Origin: an uncultured Gaiellaceae bacterium
GTDB taxonomy: Bacteria; Actinomycetota; Thermoleophilia; Gaiellales; Gaiellaceae
DNA length: 64,000 bases
Assembly (NCBI GenBank): GCA_963744285.1
Contig: CAVUTA010000018.1
Coordinates: forward strand, 18,954 to 82,953
Reading direction: 5' to 3'
In this document: piece after piece, positions 55,369 through 64,000 of the stretch
Layout: each line of letters begins with the position of its first letter
Position numbering within the stretch: the first letter of the stretch is position 1
The notes under the pieces: generated by a model
Databases searched by the model: none
Seen by the model: only the letters and a program-made list of their open reading frames with translations
What the model was told of the DNA's origin: nothing
Made by a program: the position numbers and the translations under genes

Positions 55369-56699
55369 CCGTTCTGTACGCGTCCGGTTGGGTCGTGACC
55401 TGCGACGACGCTGGAACGGAGCACGAGTCCGGCTGGCTCCTCGTCGAGGACGGCGTGATCGCAGCGATCGGCGGGGGAGCGGAGCCCGAGGCCGACGAGC
55501 GCGTCGACCTGAACGGCGCGGTGGTCACTCCCGGCCTCGTCAACACGCATCACCACCTCTACCAGACCCTGACGCGCGCCCGCGCGCAGGAGGCCGACCT
55601 CTTCGGATGGCTTCGCGAGCTCTATCCGGTCTGGTCGCGGATCGACGCCGAGTCCGAGTACGCCGCAGCCCGCACGGGCCTCGCCGAGCTCGCGCTCTCC
55701 GGATGCACGACCGTCTTCGACCACCACTACGTCTTCCCGCGCGGCCGCACGGGCCTGATCGAGGCCGAGGTACAGGCGGCGCGCGAGCTCGGCGTCCGGA
55801 TCGTCGCCTCGCGGGGCTCGATGGATCTCGGGGAGTCCGACGGCGGGCTCCCGCCCGACGAGCTGGTCGAGGACATCGACGCGGTGCTGGCGGACACCGA
55901 GCGCCTCGTCGCCGAGCTGCACGAGAAGGAGCCCGGCGCGCGCGTCCAGATCGCGGTGGCGCCGTGCTCGCCGTTCTCGGTCACGAAGAAGCTCATGACC
56001 GAGTCGGCGACGCTTGCCCGCCAGCTCGGCCTGACGCTCCACACGCACCTGGCCGAGACCGTGGAGGAAGAGGCGTACTGCATGGAGCTCTACGGCTGCA
56101 CGCCCGTCGAGTACCTGACCGACCTGGACTGGCTCGGCCCGGACGTGTGGTGCGCCCATTGCGTCCACCTCTCGCCTGACGACACCGCGGACTTCGCCGC
56201 CTCGAAGACGGGCGTCGCCCATTGCCCGACCTCGAACCTCCGCCTCGGCGCCGGCGTCGCTCCCGTCCGCGACTACCTCGACGCCGGAGTTCGCGTCGGC
56301 CTCGGCGTCGACGGCTCGGCGTCGAACGAGCGGAGCGACCTCCTCAACGAGGTGAAGCAGGCGCTCCTCGTGGCGCGCGGTCGCGGCGGGCCGCGGGCGC
56401 TGACCGCACGCGAGGCGTTGCGACTCGGCACACGCGGCGGAGCAGCCGTCCTCGGCCGCGACGACATCGGCTCGCTCGAGCCGGGGAAGCGCGCCGACTT
56501 CGCGGTCTGGCGCACCGACGGCCTCGAGCTCGGCGGAGCCGACGACCCGGTCGCCGGGCTCGTCTTCTCGGCTCCGCACCGGGTGGATCGGCTCGTCGTC
56601 GAGGGAGAGGACGTCGTGCGCGGCGGCGCTCTCGTCCATGCGGACGAAGACGAGATCGCGCGTGCCCATCGGGTGCAGGCGCGAAGATTCGCCGCATGA
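55365..56699 (+). CDS. Amidohydrolase-superfamily deaminase (8-oxoguanine deaminase / guanine-deaminase-like)
   Basis: Intact 444-aa ORF. PGLVNTHHHLYQTL (HxH metal site), FDHHY, LHTHLAET, WCAHCVHL, and GVDGSASN. The pattern matches the 8-oxoguanine/isoxanthopterin deaminase group. Substrate not determinable from sequence. Confidence 0.8.
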   Translation: MTVLYASGWVVTCDDAGTEHESGWLLVEDGVIAAIGGGAEPEADERVDLNGAVVTPGLVNTHHHLYQTLTRARAQEADLFGWLRELYPVWSRIDAESEYAAARTGLAELALSGCTTVFDHHYVFPRGRTGLIEAEVQAARELGVRIVASRGSMDLGESDGGLPPDELVEDIDAVLADTERLVAELHEKEPGARVQIAVAPCSPFSVTKKLMTESATLARQLGLTLHTHLAETVEEEAYCMELYGCTPVEYLTDLDWLGPDVWCAHCVHLSPDDTADFAASKTGVAHCPTSNLRLGAGVAPVRDYLDAGVRVGLGVDGSASNERSDLLNEVKQALLVARGRGGPRALTAREALRLGTRGGAAVLGRDDIGSLEPGKRADFAVWRTDGLELGGADDPVAGLVFSAPHRVDRLVVEGEDVVRGGALVHADEDEIARAHRVQARRFAA

Positions 56700-56989
56700 G
56701 CGCCTCCGTCTCGACGCACGTGCTCGACACCGCGGCCGGAAAGCCGGCCGCAGGGGTGCGCGTGGAGCTGGCTCAGCAGCGAGAAGTCGTCGCGTCGGGT
56801 GAGACCGACGGCGACGGCCGTATCGCCGACCTCGCCCGAGACCTCGAGCCCGGCCGCTACGAGCTCATGTTCTGGCCACCGTCGCCGTTCTTCACTCGCG
56901 TCGAGCTGGAGATCGAGCTCGGCGAAGGCCACCATCACATCCCGCTCCTCGTCTCGCCGTACGGATGCGCGAGCTACCGCGGCAGCTGA
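56696..56989 (+). CDS. uraH: 5-hydroxyisourate hydrolase (transthyretin-like)
   Basis: Intact 97 aa. STHVLDTAAGKPAAGVRVEL, HHIPLLVSPYG, and the C-terminal YRGS signature. ATGA overlap with the upstream gene. Confidence 0.9.
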   Translation: MSASVSTHVLDTAAGKPAAGVRVELAQQREVVASGETDGDGRIADLARDLEPGRYELMFWPPSPFFTRVELEIELGEGHHHIPLLVSPYGCASYRGS

Positions 56990-57406
56990 CCGTCGACGAG
57001 CTGAGCGAGCTCTTCGAGGGCCGCACGCGCCTGGTCGAGCGCCTGGCGGAGCTCGAGAATCCCCTCGAGCAGGCCGACAACGTGGTCGCAGCGCTCGACG
57101 ACGCCGAGAAGGTCGAGGCCCTGGCCGCGCATCCCGCGATCGGGCAGCGATCGGGTCTGTCCGCGCGCTCAGCCGGGGAGCAGGGCGCCGACAGCGATCC
57201 GGTCGTGCTCTCCGACCTCGCCTACCTGAACCAGGTCTACGAGGAGAAGTTCGGCTTCCGCTTCGTCGTCTTCGTGAACGGACGGCCGAAGGCGGAGATC
57301 CTCGAGGTGCTCCGCGACGCGCATCGCGAACACGCGCGAGGACGAGCTCGACACCGGCTGCCGCGAGCTCGTCGCGATCGCGAGGGATCGATGGACCCGT
57401 ACCTGA
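56965..57406 (+). pseudogene. uraD: OHCU (2-oxo-4-hydroxy-4-carboxy-5-ureidoimidazoline) decarboxylase. One frame break near 57320.
   Basis: ...ALAAHPAIGQRSGLSARSAGEQ...LNQVYEEKFGFRFVVFVNGRPKAEILEVLRD, then the break, then RIANTREDELDTGCRELVAIARDRW... Confidence 0.8.
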
Positions 57407-58555
57407 GAGACGTCCTCGACGTCCTCCTGCGGATGCTCCACGTGGTCGCCGGGATCGCGTGGATCGGCGCGTCGTTCTACTTCGTCCGCCTCGACCTCGC
57501 GCTGCGCGCGCCGAAGCGGAAGGAGGACGCGGAGGCGGGCGTCGCCGGCGAGTTCTGGGGCGTCCACGGCGGCGGCCTCTACCACTCGCAGAAGTACCGC
57601 CTCGCGCCGGCCGAGATGCCCGAGCCGCTCCACTGGTTCAAGTGGGAGGCGTACACGACGTGGCTCTCGGGCTTCGCGCTGATGGTCGTCCTCTACTACT
57701 TCGACGCGGGCCTGCGACTGGTGGATCGGGACGCGGCCGATCTCGACGAGTGGCAGGCGATCGCTCTGAGCGTCGCCGGAATCGCGCTCGCATGGGTCGT
57801 CTACGACGTTCTCTGCCGCACGGTCGGACAGCGCAGCCAGGTGGCGCTTGCCGTGATCGGGACCGGTCTCGTCGCCCTCGCCGCGTGGGGCGCCGGCGAG
57901 CTCTTCGCGCCGCGCGCCGCGTACCTCCAGGTCGGCGTGATGCTCGGGACGATCATGGCCGCGAACGTCTTCTTCGTGATCATCCCCGCGCACCGGAAGC
58001 TCGTCGCCGCGATGGAGGAGGGTCGCGAGCCCGACGCCGCGCCGCTGCTCGAGGCCAAGAACCGCTCGGTGCACAACAACTACCTCACGCTGCCGGTGCG
58101 TCTTCACGATGCTCGCCGGCCACTTCGCGTTCGTGTTCGGCGCGGACGAGGCGTGGCTCGTCTTCGTCGCCATCGCGCTCCTGACGGCGCTCATCCGCGT
58201 CTTCTTCAACCACTGGCACGCAGGGCGGCGCGAGTGGTGGATCCCCGCGGTCGCGGCCGTCGGCGTGGTCGCTCTCGCGTTCTGGCTGCAGCCCGAGGAG
58301 GCCGGTTCGGACGTGACCGGCCCGGTCGCGTTCGAGCAGATCCAGCCGGTGATCGCCGCGCGCTGCGCGACGTGTCACTCGGGTATCTCGGCTCCGCTCG
58401 GCGTCCGGCTGGAGACGCAGGAGGAGATCGAAGCGCGGGTCGACGACATCGAGCGTCAGGCAGTGCTGACCCAGGCGATGCCGCCCGGCAACGCAACCGG
58501 GATGACCGACGACGAGCGCGAGCTCCTCGCCGCCTGGATCGCGCAGTCACGGTAG
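57391..58555 (+). pseudogene. puuD: Membrane urate hydroxylase PuuD-type (integral membrane, C-terminal cytochrome c domain). One frame break near 58100.
   Basis: MDPYLRDVLDVLLRMLHVVAGIAWIGASFYFVRLD...FWGVHGGGLYHSQKY...HWFKWEAYTTWLSGF...VFFVIIPAHRKLV..., then ...LAGHFAFVFG... The C-terminus carries the heme c motif CATCH. Located in the urate-degradation gene string. Confidence 0.8.
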
Positions 58556-58586
58556 GCGTTCGCCCTCCGTTCCGGCGCAGGTCCGG

Positions 58587-59111
58587 TCACGGCTGGTACT
58601 GCTGGTCGAGCGCGCAGACCGTGTCGACGTTCACCCGGATCCACACGCCCGTGTCGAGCGGCTCGAACAGCTCCACCGGGCTCTGCCCGTCCACGAGCTC
58701 CGCCAGCTCGGCGACGGTGATGGGGGTCGCACCGACATTGGCGGGATCGCCCTGCCTGGTGAGAACGGTGACGTGCGCGTCCGCAGGCACGAGGTACGTG
58801 AGGAGGCGGTGTCCTTCCTCGATCCGGTAGTTGTCGTTCGGAACCGGCTCACCTGGCTCGACGACGCCGTCCTCGGCAGCCGCGACATTCGCCGTCACGC
58901 CACTCGTGAACCAGGCCGGGTCGAACCGCATCTCGTAGAGATCGTCCTTCCGGGTGAGAGACGAGACGTGGCCGAACGTCCTGTCGCCGCATTGCTCGGC
59001 CGCCGTCGCCTCATTCCCAGACTCCTTCGAGAAGTAGAGGCCGGCGAACACCGCGGCCGCGATCGTCGCTACGACCGCGATGACGGCAAGGGCTACGTGC
59101 GTCGCTTTCAT
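58587..59111 (-). CDS. Membrane-anchored hypothetical protein (single N-terminal TM helix)
   Basis: Intact 174-aa ORF with a strong RBS (AGGAGGA). MKATHVALAVIAVVATIAAAVFAGLYF, then a soluble domain with no motif I recognise. Confidence 0.65.
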   Translation of the reverse strand: MKATHVALAVIAVVATIAAAVFAGLYFSKESGNEATAAEQCGDRTFGHVSSLTRKDDLYEMRFDPAWFTSGVTANVAAAEDGVVEPGEPVPNDNYRIEEGHRLLTYLVPADAHVTVLTRQGDPANVGATPITVAELAELVDGQSPVELFEPLDTGVWIRVNVDTVCALDQQYQP

Positions 59112-59216
59112 GCTGCGCTCCTCCTACGGACGAGCCTGCCGTGAGCGGACGCCATCTTGGCAGAAGCACCGTCCGGCGGAAGCCTCGACCCGATACGGCT
59201 GCGGTAGATTCGCCCG

Positions 59217-59624
59217 ATGCTCGAGATCACCGCAGGCGGGTTCGCGTTCACCGCGCGCTTCGAGGAGGACGCGGCGCCGGAGACCGTCGCTGCGTTCCGC
59301 CGAATGCTCCCGCTCGACTCGAAGATCATCCACGTCCGCTGGTCGGGCGAGGGCGGGTGGATCCCGATGGGCGACCTCGACGTCGGCATCGGGCCGGAGA
59401 ACGCGACCAGCTACCCGAGCCCGGGCGAGCTGATCTTCTACCCCGGCGGCGTGAGCGAGACCGAGCTCCTGCTCGCGTACGGCTACGTCGCGTTCGCGAG
59501 CAAGGCGGGCGCGCTCGCGGGGAACCACTTCGCGACGATCGTCTCCGGCAACGAGAACCTGCGCGAGCTCGGCCGGCGGATGCTCTGGGACGGCGCCCAG
59601 GACATCTCGTTCAGCGAGTCATAG
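59217..59624 (+). CDS. DUF3830-family (cyclophilin-like fold) protein, often found in ureide/allantoin clusters
   Basis: Intact 135-aa ORF: MLEITAGGFAFTARFEEDAAPETVAAFRRMLPL...IHVRWSGEGGWIPMG... Family assignment is from memory of the pattern. Confidence 0.65.
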   Translation: MLEITAGGFAFTARFEEDAAPETVAAFRRMLPLDSKIIHVRWSGEGGWIPMGDLDVGIGPENATSYPSPGELIFYPGGVSETELLLAYGYVAFASKAGALAGNHFATIVSGNENLRELGRRMLWDGAQDISFSES

Positions 59625-59663
59625 CGGCGAGGCTGCCTCGCCTCGGAGAGACGCGCGAGCGCA

Positions 59664-60657
59664 TCAGAGGACGTCGACCGCGAGCAGGACGTCCTCGTCC
59701 GAGGAGAGCTCGTCCGGCGAGTGGCTCACGCCGCCGTTGAGGCTGCGAACGAAGAGCATCCCGGCATCGACTCCCGCCGCGGCGAGCACCCCGGCGTCGT
59801 GGCCGGCGCCCGACGCGAGCTCGACGACCGGCAGCCCACGCGCCTCGATCGCGTCTCGAAGCACCGAGCGGCAGCGCTCGCCGAGCTCGACCGGCTCCGT
59901 TCGGTGGCCCGGCTCGAAGTCGATCGCAGCGATCAGCGCGTCCAGCCGCGCCCGGTCCGGGGCGCGAACGTCGAGCGAGATTCGAGCCCGTGACGGGATC
60001 ACGTTGCCGGCGCCGGGCTCGACGTCGAGCTCGCCCACCGTCGCAACGGCGTCCTCGATGCCTCAGCGCCGCGTCGCGGATCGCGAGGATCCGCTCGGCC
60101 GCCGCGACGAGGGCATCGTCGCGGCGCTCCATGGGCGTCGTTCCCGCGTGCCCGGCGGTTCCCTCGAAGAAGAGCTCCGCACGCGCGTAGCCCACGATCG
60201 ACGTGACGACCCCGAGCGGTGCATCTCCGTCGGCGAGCCTCGGGCCTTGCTCGACGTGGAGCTCGAGAAACGCCTTCGGCAAGCAACCCACCCGCGGCGA
60301 CGAGCGCGCGGCTTCCGATGCAGCCGACCTCCTCGCCGCGGAAGACGACGACGGAGCCTGCGCCGGTGCGCTCGACCGCCTCGATCGCGGCAACGACGCC
60401 GAGCGCGCCGTCGAACCGACCGCCCCGAGGAACCGTGTCGAGATGTGAGCCCGACCACGACGTGTCCAGGCGACCGACCCCGGGCGTGCCCGAAGAGGTT
60501 GCCGTGCCGGTCGACCTCGACCTCGAGCCCGGCGGCCTCGCAGCCACGACGCGCCGAGCCGGTGCGCCTCGTCCTCTGCCGCGGAGAGGTGCGGACGGTT
60601 CGCGCCGGGGCCACCGCCGATCGCGTACAGCTCGTCGAGCCGCTCGAGAATCCGCAT
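59664..60657 (-). pseudogene. M20-family amidohydrolase (allantoate amidohydrolase / N-carbamoyl-L-amino-acid hydrolase-like). ~4 frame breaks.
   Basis: MRILERLDELYAIGGGPGANR...AEDEAHRL, LEVEVDRHGNLFG, SHLDTVPRGGRFDGALGVVAAIEA, FLELHVEQGPRL...GVVTSIVG...FEGTAGHAGTTPM, and VGELDVEPGAGNVIPS...SGAGHDAG...MLFVRS.NGVSHSP.E. The pieces are spread over three frames. Confidence 0.72.
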
Positions 60658-60666
60658 CGACGGAGC

Positions 60667-61804
60667 CTAGAGGCCGCGCAGCGGCCGCAGCGCCAGCCGC
60701 CCGACGAGCGGCACGAGCGCGGCCAACAGGAACGCGAGCGCCCACGACGTCCCGGACACAGTCGCGGCGAACACGATCGGCGCGACGATCGCGATCGCCG
60801 GACAGCACCGACTGCTGGAAGCCGATCGCGGCGCCGCTTCGCGCCGGTCCGGCGAGCTCCGCCGCGGCGGTGAATGCAAGGGCGTTCCAGCCCATGGAGA
60901 GGCCGCCCGCGACGGCGAGCGCAGGAACCAGCAGCCACAGCGGGCCGCCGGCAAGCAAGGCGACCACACCGAGACTCATGGCCACGACGACCCCGACCTG
61001 CCGCAGCGGGCCGATGCGCGAGCCGACGACGTCCGACCAGCGACCGGTCCCGATCCGGATTCCGACCGCGAGCACCTGCGCCGCGGCGATCACGAGCGCA
61101 GCGTCGCGTTCGGAGAGCCCGTGCTCGTCGTGGAGGAACACGACGCCGAACCCGATGATCGCGATCTGCGCGTAGACGTAGACGCCGCTGCCGAGCGCGA
61201 GGCGCCAGAGGCGGCCGTCTCGAAGCGTCCGCGCGAGCGTCGCCGGCTCGAGCTCGTGCTCCGCGCTGGCGCGGCTGCGGATGACGACCGCACCGACGAC
61301 CGCGCCCAGGGCACACAGCGCCGCGAAGAACAGGAACCCGGCCGTGGCATCGCTCGACGAGACGAGCTGGGGCACGACGAGAGCAGCGACGAGCCCGCCG
61401 AGAGGCACCGCCGTCTGCCGCACGCCGAGCGCGAGACCGCGCTCCTCGGCGCCGAACCAGTGCATCACCGCGCGGCCGCTCGCGGAGTTCACGCTCGCAC
61501 CGGCGCCACCGGCGAGCGCGAGCAGGACGACGAGCGACTCGAAGTCAGGCGCGTACGCCGCACCGACGAGGAAGCCCGCGCACCCGCCGAGACCGAGGCC
61601 GAGCACGATCCGCTCCCCGAACCGGTCCGCCGCGATCCCCCACGGGAGCATCGTCACGAGCGCGCCGACCCACTCCGCCGCGAGCAGCACGCCGATCTGC
61701 GCGAGCGAGAGGTCGTACTCCTCGCGAAGCGTCGGAACGAGCACGGGGAGCCCGATCGCGAGCGCGGAGAAGCTCGCCTGCGCCAGCGTCCCGGCGGCGA
61801 GCAC
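60667..61804 (-). pseudogene. MFS transporter. One frame break near 60800.
   Basis: ORF 59999..61804(-) N-terminal 330 aa are MFS-like (LPWGIAADRFGERIV, ...GAGASVNSASGRAVMHWF...). The last TM helices (AIAIVAPIVFAATVSGTSWALAFLLAALVPLVGRLAL) are in ORF 60667..60969. Confidence 0.78.
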
Positions 61805-61827
61805 CGCCCACCGGTAGCGCCCGCCCG

Positions 61828-63295
61828 CTACAGCCCGAAGGGGTTGATCGGCCGCGCGCCGGTCGAGACGATCACGCTCTTCGTCTCGAGGTACAGATCG
61901 AGCGTCTCGAGCCCGAGCTCACGGCCGAAGCCGGACTGCTTGTAGCCGCCGAACGGAATCCCCGGGAAGGCCGTGTACGGCATGTTGATCCCGACCGTGC
62001 CCGACTTGATCCGCGCCGCGATGCGGTGGCCGCGCGCGGGATCGCCCGTCCAGACCGTCGCCATGAGCCCGTAGCGCACGTCGTTCGCGATGCGGATCGC
62101 GTCCTTCTCGTCCTCGAACGGGATCAGCGTGACGACCGGGCCGAAGACCTCCTCCTGCGCGATCTCCGCGTCGTTCGTCGCCGCGACGACCGTCGGCGGA
62201 TAGAACGCGCCCGGGCCGTCGGGGAGCGCACCGCCCGCGAGCACCTCCGCGCCGTCGCCGGCTCGCTCGACGAAGCCATGAACGCGGTCACGGTGCGCCG
62301 TGGAGACGAGCGAGCCCATCTGCGTCTCGGGATCGAGCGGGTCGCCGACCTTGATGCCGCCGGCGAACTCGGCCATGCGGGACACCGCTTCGTCGTACAG
62401 CGGCTTCTCGACGAGCATCCGCGAACGCGCCTCGCAGCTCTGGCCCGCCGCGTAGAAGATCGACCAGGCCGAGCTCGGCAGGGCACTCGCGAGATCGGCA
62501 TCGGCGAACACGAGGTTCGGGCTCTTTCCGCCGAGCTCGAGCGTGACGCGCTTCACCGGATCGGATGCGAGGCGCATGATCTCGCCGCCGGTCTTCGTCG
62601 AGCCCGTGAACGCGACCTTGTCCACGCCCGGGTGCTTCACCAGGTACGCGCCCGTCGTCGGGCCGTCGCCGGGCACGACGTTGACCGCACCCGCCGGGAA
62701 CCCGACCTCGGCCGCGAGCTCGGCGAGCCGGATCGCCGTGAGCGGCGTCTGCGGATCGGGCTTCAGCACGACCGAGCAGCCGGCCGCGAGCGCCGGTGCG
62801 AGCTTCCAGGTGGCCATCATCAGCGGGTAGTTCCAGGGGACGATCTGCGCCGCGACGCCGACGGGCTCCTTCAGCGAGTAGAAGAGGAGCGAGCCGCCGA
62901 TCGGGTTCGAGCGGCCGGAGATGGACGCGATCGCCGATCCGTAGAAGCGGAAGTTCTCGACGGCCTGGTGGAGCTCAGCCTTCACCGAGGAGATCGCCTT
63001 GCCGACATTTCGCGCCTCGAGCTCCGCGAGCTCGGCGCGATTCGCGTGGATCGCGTCTGCGAGCGCGTGCAGAAGGCGAGAGCGTTCGGTACCCGGCGTG
63101 CGTCCCCAGTCACCCTCGACCGCGGCGCGCGCAGCCTCGACGGCGCGGTCGACGTCGGCCTCGCCGGCCATCGCTGCGCTGTGCGAGCGGCTCTCCTGTC
63201 GCCGGCTCGACGAGATCGCGCACCTCGCCCGACGCAGACTCGGTCGACTCACCGCCGATGAAGAGCCCGTACTCGCGGTCGGTCGCGACGGCCAC
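61828..63295 (-). pseudogene. NAD+-dependent aldehyde dehydrogenase (aminobutyraldehyde/betaine-aldehyde dehydrogenase-like). One frame break near 63185.
   Basis: VAVATDREYGLFIGGESTESASGEVRDLVEPATGEPLA, then the break, then ...VPWNYPLMMATWKLAPALAAGCSVVLKP...FTGSTKTGGEI...ELGGKSPNLVF...AGQSCEARSR...EEVFGPVV... Confidence 0.85.
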
Positions 63296-63304
63296 GATCG
63301 GAAT

Positions 63305-64000
63305 CTACCGACCGGTCGGCGAAGCCCGTTCCACGAGCCGTGTCGCCGCCGCCTTGAAAGACGCCATGACGACGTCGCCTTCCTCGAGACCGAGCCGCTC
63401 CACCGAAGCAGCCGTTACCTCGCCGACGAGCCCTCGCACCTGCACGCGGGCACGGTTGCCGACCACGACGAGCGATGTGATCGGCCCGTGGACGTGGTTG
63501 AGCGCCGAGTCGTGCGGCTGCTCGCGCGAGATCGAAACGTCCCACGGATAGACGGCGACCTCGACAGCTCCTCGCGCATCGTCGACGGAGTAGACGACCC
63601 CGCCGTCGGCGAGGGCCACCTCCGTCAGGCCGTCCGCGCCGGCTCGCGCGGCTCCGGCGAGCACGTTCGCGCCGGTGAAGCTCGCGACGAACGCGTCGGC
63701 AGGCGCGGCGACGAGCTCGGACGGCGTGCCGATCTGCCGCACATGGCCGTCCGTCAGGGCCGCGACGCGATCGGCGAGAACGGCTGCGTCGTGGAAGTCG
63801 TGCGTCACGAGCAGGACGGGGAGGTCGAGCTCGTCGAGAAGCTCCTTGAGCTCGAGCCGGAGAGCGGCACGCGTATGCGGGTCGAGCGCCGACAGTGGCT
63901 CGTCGAGGAGGAGTACACCGGGATCGCGCGCGAGCGCTCGTGCGAGTCCGACCCGCTGGCGCTCACCGCCCGAGAGCTCGCCGGGCCGCGCCCGCGCGAG
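63305..64000 (-). CDS. ABC transporter ATP-binding protein with a C-terminal TOBE/Mop-type domain (ModC/PotA/CysA-like). 5' part lies beyond the window.
   Basis: Reading the minus strand to the window edge gives ...[32 protein letters not shown]...[17 protein letters not shown]..., followed by the TOBE-like tail in ORF 63305..63808. Confidence 0.75.
   Translation of the reverse strand, partial: LARARPGELSGGERQRVGLARALARDPGVLLLDEPLSALDPHTRAALRLELKELLDELDLPVLLVTHDFHDAAVLADRVAALTDGHVRQIGTPSELVAAPADAFVASFTGANVLAGAARAGADGLTEVALADGGVVYSVDDARGAVEVAVYPWDVSISREQPHDSALNHVHGPITSLVVVGNRARVQVRGLVGEVTAASVERLGLEEGDVVMASFKAAATRLVERASPTGR

Overview
High-GC (~70%) bacterial chromosomal segment. Gene content and the tight ATGA/GTGA gene overlaps suggest an aerobic actinobacterium, but that is inference only. 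I found no rRNA, tRNA, CRISPR array, transposase, integrase, phage gene or recognisable defence gene, so I cannot support a novel mobile or defence system here.

About 58 protein-coding genes fall into three blocks.

(1) 1.8-37.1 kb is a quaternary-amine catabolic supercluster that converges on glycine betaine (GB). It holds ProVWX-type uptake, choline-sulfatase, choline dehydrogenase and an aldehyde dehydrogenase. It also holds L-carnitine dehydrogenase-thioesterase plus a BKACE cleavage enzyme. Downstream steps are a complete corrinoid-dependent non-pyrrolysine MttB-family methyltransferase module (corrinoid protein, DUF1638, a 98-aa unknown, methyl-THF methyltransferase, RamA-like activase, MttB homologue, MetF) and a dimethylglycine dehydrogenase wired to EtfBA and a membrane EtfD-like Fe-S protein. 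A Dpp-type ABC system, an aminotransferase and a 2-hydroxyacid dehydrogenase are embedded in it.

(2) 37-45 kb is miscellaneous: EamA, GlpD, a proline-racemase-like gene, two crotonases, EthD, DUF606, PepD and Crp.

(3) 45.3-60.7 kb is a purine/ureide block: BMP-type ABC importer, xanthine-dehydrogenase MSL, adenine deaminase, 8-oxoguanine/guanine-deaminase-like amidohydrolase, HIU hydrolase, OHCU decarboxylase, membrane cytochrome-c urate hydroxylase PuuD, DUF3830 and an allantoate-amidohydrolase-like gene. An MFS/ALDH/ABC operon then runs off the window.

Most interesting signals:
- The aerobic-context corrinoid/MttB module, with its two uncharacterised accessory proteins.
- A SelW-like CxxU candidate selenoprotein with a downstream hairpin, at the left edge.
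- An MFS-methyltransferase fusion.
- Shared AT-rich palindromes upstream of proV and the dimethylglycine dehydrogenase.
- A very high and strongly non-uniform density of single-base frame breaks. About half of the genes are interrupted as sequenced.

The type 'pseudogene' below is purely descriptive: the frame is broken in the given sequence. The cause may be sequencing or assembly error. All frameshift positions and counts are by-eye estimates from splicing the ORF-track frames.
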